This document shows positions 59,415 through 64,000 of a stretch of DNA of 64,000 bases, piece by piece; position 1 is the first letter of the stretch; each line of letters starts with the position of its first letter. This DNA is from Terriglobales bacterium. Its GTDB lineage: Bacteria; Acidobacteriota; Terriglobia; Terriglobales; Acidobacteriaceae. A program made the translations under genes and the position numbers. The DNA lies in NCBI GenBank assembly GCA_044447375.1, contig JBIOFT010000003.1, positions 131-64,130 on the forward strand. Direction: 5' to 3'. The notes below the pieces were generated by a model. The model searched no databases. It was not told the origin of the DNA and saw only the letters and a list, made by a program, of their open reading frames with translations.

Positions 59415-59512
59415 ATCGCCGAGATCGCCGTCAACAGGGCCGTCGGACGTGAAACGGGAAACCTGAAACGTCCGCCACCGTCTAATCCTGCAGTTCTGCT
59501 ACCATCGAGCTG

Positions 59513-60448
59513 ATGCCACGCCATTCGGTGAAGAGGAAGCCGCGCGCCGCTTCCAAGCCGGCTGCCGGGAGCGGCGGGCGTCCGCGCTCGCGCCGCCGCC
59601 AGCCCGAGATGGTGCTGATCACCGGCATCAGCGGCTCGGGCAAGGGGTCGGCGCTTAAAGCCTTCGAGGACCTCGGCTACTACTGCGTGGACAACCTGCC
59701 AGTGGACCTGATCCCCCATTTCGCCGAACTGGTGCTGCACTCGGAGATCGAACGCGCGGCGCTGGTGGTGGACGTGCGCGAGGGGCAGCGCCTGGACAAG
59801 CTGCCAGCCATCCTGCGCTCGGTCAAGAAGCTACTGCCCACCACCGTGGTCTATCTGGAAGCTACCGACGAATCGCTGCTGCGCCGCTTCAGCGAGACCC
59901 GCCGCCCGCATCCGCTGGGGACATCGTCGCCGGTGAAGACATCGCTCACCGCTGAACGCGGCCGGCTTTCCACCCTGCGCAACTTGGCCGATCTCGTGAT
60001 CGACACCTCCAAGTTCAACGTGCACGAACTCCGGGCGCACTTGCTGGAGGGCTTCCAGCGGCAGTCGACGGACAAGAACATCCTGGTCTCCTGCGTAAGC
60101 TTCGGCTACAAGCAGGGCGTACCGGAGGAAGCCGACCTGCTCTTTGACGTGCGCTTTCTGCCCAATCCGCACTTTGTGCCCGAGTTCCGGCCCTTTACCG
60201 GCCGGCACCCGCGGGTGGCCAAGTACATCCGCTCGTTCCCACAGACTCGGGAATTCATCTCCCGCATCTCCGAGCTGCTCATCTACCTGCTGCCGCACTA
60301 CATCAACGAGGGCAAGAGCTACCTGACCATCGGCTTTGGCTGCACCGGCGGGCAGCACCGTTCGGTGTTCATTGCGGAAGAGGTTTGCAAGCGGCTGGCC
60401 AGGGCGGGCTACCGGGTGAAAGCTATCCACCGCGACAGCCCGCGGTAG
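59513..60448 (+). CDS. rapZ: RNase adapter protein RapZ
   Basis: P-loop ITGISGSGKGSA and the C-terminal GCTGGQHRSV motif. The start could be ATG 59609 (MVLITG). Confidence 0.92.
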   Translation: MPRHSVKRKPRAASKPAAGSGGRPRSRRRQPEMVLITGISGSGKGSALKAFEDLGYYCVDNLPVDLIPHFAELVLHSEIERAALVVDVREGQRLDKLPAILRSVKKLLPTTVVYLEATDESLLRRFSETRRPHPLGTSSPVKTSLTAERGRLSTLRNLADLVIDTSKFNVHELRAHLLEGFQRQSTDKNILVSCVSFGYKQGVPEEADLLFDVRFLPNPHFVPEFRPFTGRHPRVAKYIRSFPQTREFISRISELLIYLLPHYINEGKSYLTIGFGCTGGQHRSVFIAEEVCKRLARAGYRVKAIHRDSPR

Positions 60449-60542
60449 CCGGCAAGGTTCTTTCCCCGCGAGGCCGCAGCATGAAGGGCTTAATCCAGTA
60501 AAATAGGGCCTTGCCCCAAATTCGCACCATTGTCGAGGCGCG

Positions 60543-62393
60543 ATGCGGCGACTGATCCGGCTGCTCCACTACCTCCGCGGCTACCTCCCGCAGCTCCTGC
60601 TCTCGGTGCCGCTGGCCGCGGGCGTAGGCGCTGCCGACGCCTTCCGCCTTCTGCTGATCGGCCCCACCCTCGACCGCGTTCTACGGCCGGACGCGGGCAG
60701 CCACGCCATTGCGCTGGCGCGCCTTCCCGGCACCCACTACACCCTGTATTTGCAGCAGTTCGTCCCGGAGCACTTCAAGAACGCCTGGACGATGGTGGCG
60801 TTCGCGATGGTGATGGCTACGCTGATCAAGGGAATCTGCGATTATGCCAGCACCTACCTGGTGTATTACGCTGGGTTCGGCCTGATCACCGACCTGCGCA
60901 ACGACCTGTACAACGCCATCCTGCGCCGCTCGGTGGGTTTCTTCTCGCGTTATTCCACGGGCACCCTGCTCTCCACCATCATCAATGACGTGGAGCGCGT
61001 CCAGGTCGCGATGGGCTCAGTGCTGGCGGAATCCCTGCAGCAGGTGTTCGTGCTGCTCTTCATGGTGTATGTGGTGATTTCGCTGGGCGGCAAGCTGGCG
61101 TGGGTGCTGCTGCTGTTCGTCCCCTTCATCATCGTTTCCGCGGGTCGGATCGGCAAGCGCGTGCGCCACACCACCCGCCGCGGCCAGGACAAGCTGGCCG
61201 ATGTGCAGAACATTCTCCACGAGACCATCACCGGCAACCGCATCGTGAAGGCCTTCGGCACCGAGCTGTGGGAGAGCCTGCGCTTCCACGGAGCCTCCCG
61301 GCGGCTGTTCCGCGCCAACATGCACTCGGTGCGCGCGATCGCCCTGAGTTCGCCGCTCATGGACCTGTTCGGCGCGGTCGCCATCGCCTTGCTGCTGCTG
61401 CTGGGCCGCGACCGCATCAACCACCAGGTGTTCACGCCCGGCACCTTCCTGGCGTTCCTCTTCGCCATCTTTAAGATGTACGAACCGGTGCGAAAGTTCG
61501 CGTTCTACAACAACAGCTTCCAGCAGGCGCTGGGCGCTTCCGCCACCCTGTTTTCCTTCATGGACGAAAAGGACGATGTTCACGAGAAGCCGCACGCGGC
61601 CACGCTGCGGAGTTTCACGCGCAGCGTCCGCTTCGAGCACGTGAACTTTTCCTATACCAGCAACGGCGAAGGCGACCGCGAGGTGCTGCGCGACATCGGC
61701 CTGGAGGTGAAAAAGGGCGAGGTGCTGGCCATCGTGGGCTCGAGCGGCGCCGGCAAGAGTACGCTGGTGCACCTGATTCCGCGTTTCTTCGACGTGACCG
61801 GCGGTCGCATCCTGATCGACGGCCACGACGTGCGCGACGTCACCCTGGCGTCGCTGCGACGGCAGATCGGCATCGTGACCCAGGACACCATTCTCTTCAA
61901 TGACACCGCCCGCAACAACATCGCCTACGGACAGCCACACGTTTCCGACGGGGCCGTGATCAAGGCCGCCACGGCTGCCCTGGCCCACGACTTCATCCAG
62001 AAGCTGCCCGAGGGGTATGACACCATCATCGGCGAGCGCGGGTTGACGCTCTCCGGTGGGGAGCGCCAGCGCCTCGCCATTGCGCGCGCCCTGCTGAAGA
62101 ACGCCCCCATCCTGATTCTGGACGAGGCCACCTCGGCGCTGGACAGCGAATCCGAAGCCTTGGTGCAATCGGCGCTGCAGAACCTGATGGTGGGGCGCAC
62201 GGTGTTCGTAATCGCGCACCGGCTGTCTACCGTCCGCCGCGCCGACCGCATCGTGGTGCTGGAGAGCGGCCAGATCGCCGACATCGGCACCCACGACGAC
62301 CTGCTCACCCGCCTGGGAACCTACCGCCGGCTGTATGATCTGCAGTTCCTCGATATGGAGCAGTACAAGATAGCCGCGGGTCCGGAAAAATAG
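60543..62393 (+). CDS. ABC transporter, fused permease/ATPase, MsbA-like lipid exporter
   Basis: 616 aa. Six TM segments plus an NBD (GSSGAGKST, LSGGERQR, ILILDEATSALD). Confidence 0.88.
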   Translation: MRRLIRLLHYLRGYLPQLLLSVPLAAGVGAADAFRLLLIGPTLDRVLRPDAGSHAIALARLPGTHYTLYLQQFVPEHFKNAWTMVAFAMVMATLIKGICDYASTYLVYYAGFGLITDLRNDLYNAILRRSVGFFSRYSTGTLLSTIINDVERVQVAMGSVLAESLQQVFVLLFMVYVVISLGGKLAWVLLLFVPFIIVSAGRIGKRVRHTTRRGQDKLADVQNILHETITGNRIVKAFGTELWESLRFHGASRRLFRANMHSVRAIALSSPLMDLFGAVAIALLLLLGRDRINHQVFTPGTFLAFLFAIFKMYEPVRKFAFYNNSFQQALGASATLFSFMDEKDDVHEKPHAATLRSFTRSVRFEHVNFSYTSNGEGDREVLRDIGLEVKKGEVLAIVGSSGAGKSTLVHLIPRFFDVTGGRILIDGHDVRDVTLASLRRQIGIVTQDTILFNDTARNNIAYGQPHVSDGAVIKAATAALAHDFIQKLPEGYDTIIGERGLTLSGGERQRLAIARALLKNAPILILDEATSALDSESEALVQSALQNLMVGRTVFVIAHRLSTVRRADRIVVLESGQIADIGTHDDLLTRLGTYRRLYDLQFLDMEQYKIAAGPEK

Positions 62394-62396
62394 CCC

Positions 62397-63284
62397 ATGC
62401 CCATCCGCTCCATGACCGCCTTCGCCCAATTCAAGGGGCAGGTGCGCCCGGATGCGGCCTTCACGCTGGCGCTCAAGTCGGTGAACCACCGTTTTCTGGA
62501 TCTCCATCTACGCATGCCGCCGCAATCGGACGCGCTGGAGATCAAGTTGCGCCGCCTGCTGAAAGAGAAGATCGCGCGCGGACATGTGGAACTGACGCTT
62601 GCCCTCGACGGCGCCGGGGCCGCGCCGCTGGCGGTGAACCACGAGCTGGTGGGTGGATACGTGAACGCCTTTCGGCACGCCGCGCGCGAGCTGGGCATCG
62701 CCGGCGAGCCCGACCTCAATGCCGTGCTCAGGATGCCGGGCGCGCTCAGCGTGGGCGAAACCGAATTCGACGCGGAGAGCGAAGCCCGCGTGCTCGCAGG
62801 ATTGGCGGATACCATCGCCCAACTCGACCGCATGCGCATCGAGGAAGGACACGGCATCGAGCGGGAACTGCGCGAGCGCATGGCCCGCCTGCGCAGCGCG
62901 ACCGCCGAGGTCGAGAAGCATCGCGGCGGAGTTTCCCGCGCCTACCTGGAAAAACTTCAATCCCGCTTGAAGGAGCTGATCGGCGGCCACGCCGACCAGG
63001 ACCGCATCCTGCAGGAAGCCGCGCTGCTGGCCGAACGCAGCGACATCCAGGAAGAGATCGTCCGTCTCAGCAACCACATCCAGCATTTTCTGGGGGTGCT
63101 GGAAGCCGGCGGCGAAGCCGGCAAGAAGCTGGATTTCCTGCTGCAGGAGATGAACCGCGAGGCCAACACCCTGCTGTCGAAGACCTCGGGCGTCTCCGGC
63201 GAAGGCCTGCGCATCACCGAGTTGGGCCTGTCCATGAAGGCGGAGATCGAGAAAGCGCGCGAGCAAGTACAGAACGTGGAATGA
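62397..63284 (+). CDS. yicC: YicC-family stress-induced protein
   Basis: 295 aa. MPIRSMTAF... and the C-terminal EMNREANTLLSKT motif. Confidence 0.9.
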   Translation: MPIRSMTAFAQFKGQVRPDAAFTLALKSVNHRFLDLHLRMPPQSDALEIKLRRLLKEKIARGHVELTLALDGAGAAPLAVNHELVGGYVNAFRHAARELGIAGEPDLNAVLRMPGALSVGETEFDAESEARVLAGLADTIAQLDRMRIEEGHGIERELRERMARLRSATAEVEKHRGGVSRAYLEKLQSRLKELIGGHADQDRILQEAALLAERSDIQEEIVRLSNHIQHFLGVLEAGGEAGKKLDFLLQEMNREANTLLSKTSGVSGEGLRITELGLSMKAEIEKAREQVQNVE

Positions 63285-63985
63285 CCACTGTCTACATCAT
63301 CTCGGCGCCGTCGGGTTCGGGGAAATCCACCCTGGTGAATGAGCTGCGCAAGACGGTCAGCAATCTGGAGTTTTCCGTCTCCTACACCACGCGCCCGCCC
63401 CGCGGCAGCGAGCAGGATGGCCACGAGTACTTCTTCATCTCGCGCGACGAGTTCGAGCGCCTGCTGGCCGAGGACGCGTTGCTGGAGCACGCCGACGTCT
63501 TCGGCAACTACTACGGCACGGCCAAACGATTTCTCGAAGGCGCCAGCGAGCGCGGCAACGACCTGCTGCTCGACATCGACGTCCAGGGTGAACGGCAGGT
63601 GAAGCGGAGGATCCCCGATGCGGTGAGCATCTTCATCCTGCCGCCGACGCGCAAGGAACTGGAGAGCCGCCTGCGGCGGCGCAGCCAGGCCGAGGGCATG
63701 CTGTCGGAGAAAGTCATCCAGCGGCGGCTGGTGACCGCGGCCCGGGAGATTGAGAATTACAAGAATTACGACTATATTTTAGTGAACGACCAGCTTGAGC
63801 AATCCATCGATGAGCTGAAGGCCATCGTGCTGGCCGAGCGGGTTCGCCGCTCGGGTGGACCGCACTCTGCCGAAGAAGAAAAATGGCTGGTCACCGCGGA
63901 GCGTCATAAGCAGGCCAACATGCGCCCAGCGCTCCGGCCCATTCTGGAGTCCTTTGCTTTGTCCGCAACCCCCGGCGGACGGTGA
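63281..63985 (+). CDS. gmk: guanylate kinase
   Basis: P-loop SAPSGSGKSTL and YTTRPPRGSEQDGHEYFF. About 40 aa C-terminal extension. Confidence 0.93.
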   Translation: MTTVYIISAPSGSGKSTLVNELRKTVSNLEFSVSYTTRPPRGSEQDGHEYFFISRDEFERLLAEDALLEHADVFGNYYGTAKRFLEGASERGNDLLLDIDVQGERQVKRRIPDAVSIFILPPTRKELESRLRRRSQAEGMLSEKVIQRRLVTAAREIENYKNYDYILVNDQLEQSIDELKAIVLAERVRRSGGPHSAEEEKWLVTAERHKQANMRPALRPILESFALSATPGGR

Positions 63986-64000
63986 AGTGTGAAGTGAGAG

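Noticed and set aside
59415-59512. Hairpin GGACGT-GAAACGGGAAACCTGAA-ACGTCC with GAAAC units between the ankyrin gene and rapZ, as a further member of the GAAACTN heptamer family.
   Set aside because: There are only two or three loose GAAAC repeats inside a loop, with no tandem 7-nt register and no inverted arm. That is too weak to call.

Overview
High-GC bacterial chromosome segment. Gene order and the style of the intergenic repeats suggest Acidobacteriota, but that is inference only. Repeat, terminator and promoter coordinates were counted by hand and may be off by 1-2 nt. About 85% of the window is core housekeeping. (1) 1-12395: the end of the S10 operon and complete spc and alpha ribosomal operons (rplP to rplQ, with secY, adk, map, infA, rpmJ, rpoA). 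(2) guaB with a VanZ-like gene. (3) rimP-nusA-infB-DUF503-rbfA-nrnA. (4) Envelope and transport genes: GT39 glycosyltransferase, SSS symporter, OPT transporter, YggS/YggU, YihY. (5) queG, csp, recJ. (6) An lptC/A-lptB-rpoN-hpf-(ankyrin)-rapZ cluster, then an msbA-like ABC exporter, yicC and gmk. No rRNA, tRNA, CRISPR array, transposase or integrase gene was recognised. Items worth a second look: (a) a minimal bacterial-microcompartment locus at 46.3-48.5 kb, one BMC-H shell gene plus an acylating aldehyde dehydrogenase with a long C-terminal extension. A diverged copy of that gene's last 12 codons lies 84 nt downstream, followed by a lower-GC islet of Cys-rich and secreted proteins. (b) Many intergenic elements built from tandem 7-8 nt units arranged as long inverted repeats. 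Several sequence families share this architecture, and they occur even between genes of the ribosomal operons. (c) Three copies of a MITE-like element and arrays of GC-rich REP-like hairpins. (d) An in-frame TAA inside infB. (e) A frameshifted membrane-protein gene. (f) A GAF-TM-AMIN-amidase fusion. All functional calls rest on my recognition of translated motifs and gene order. No database search was run.
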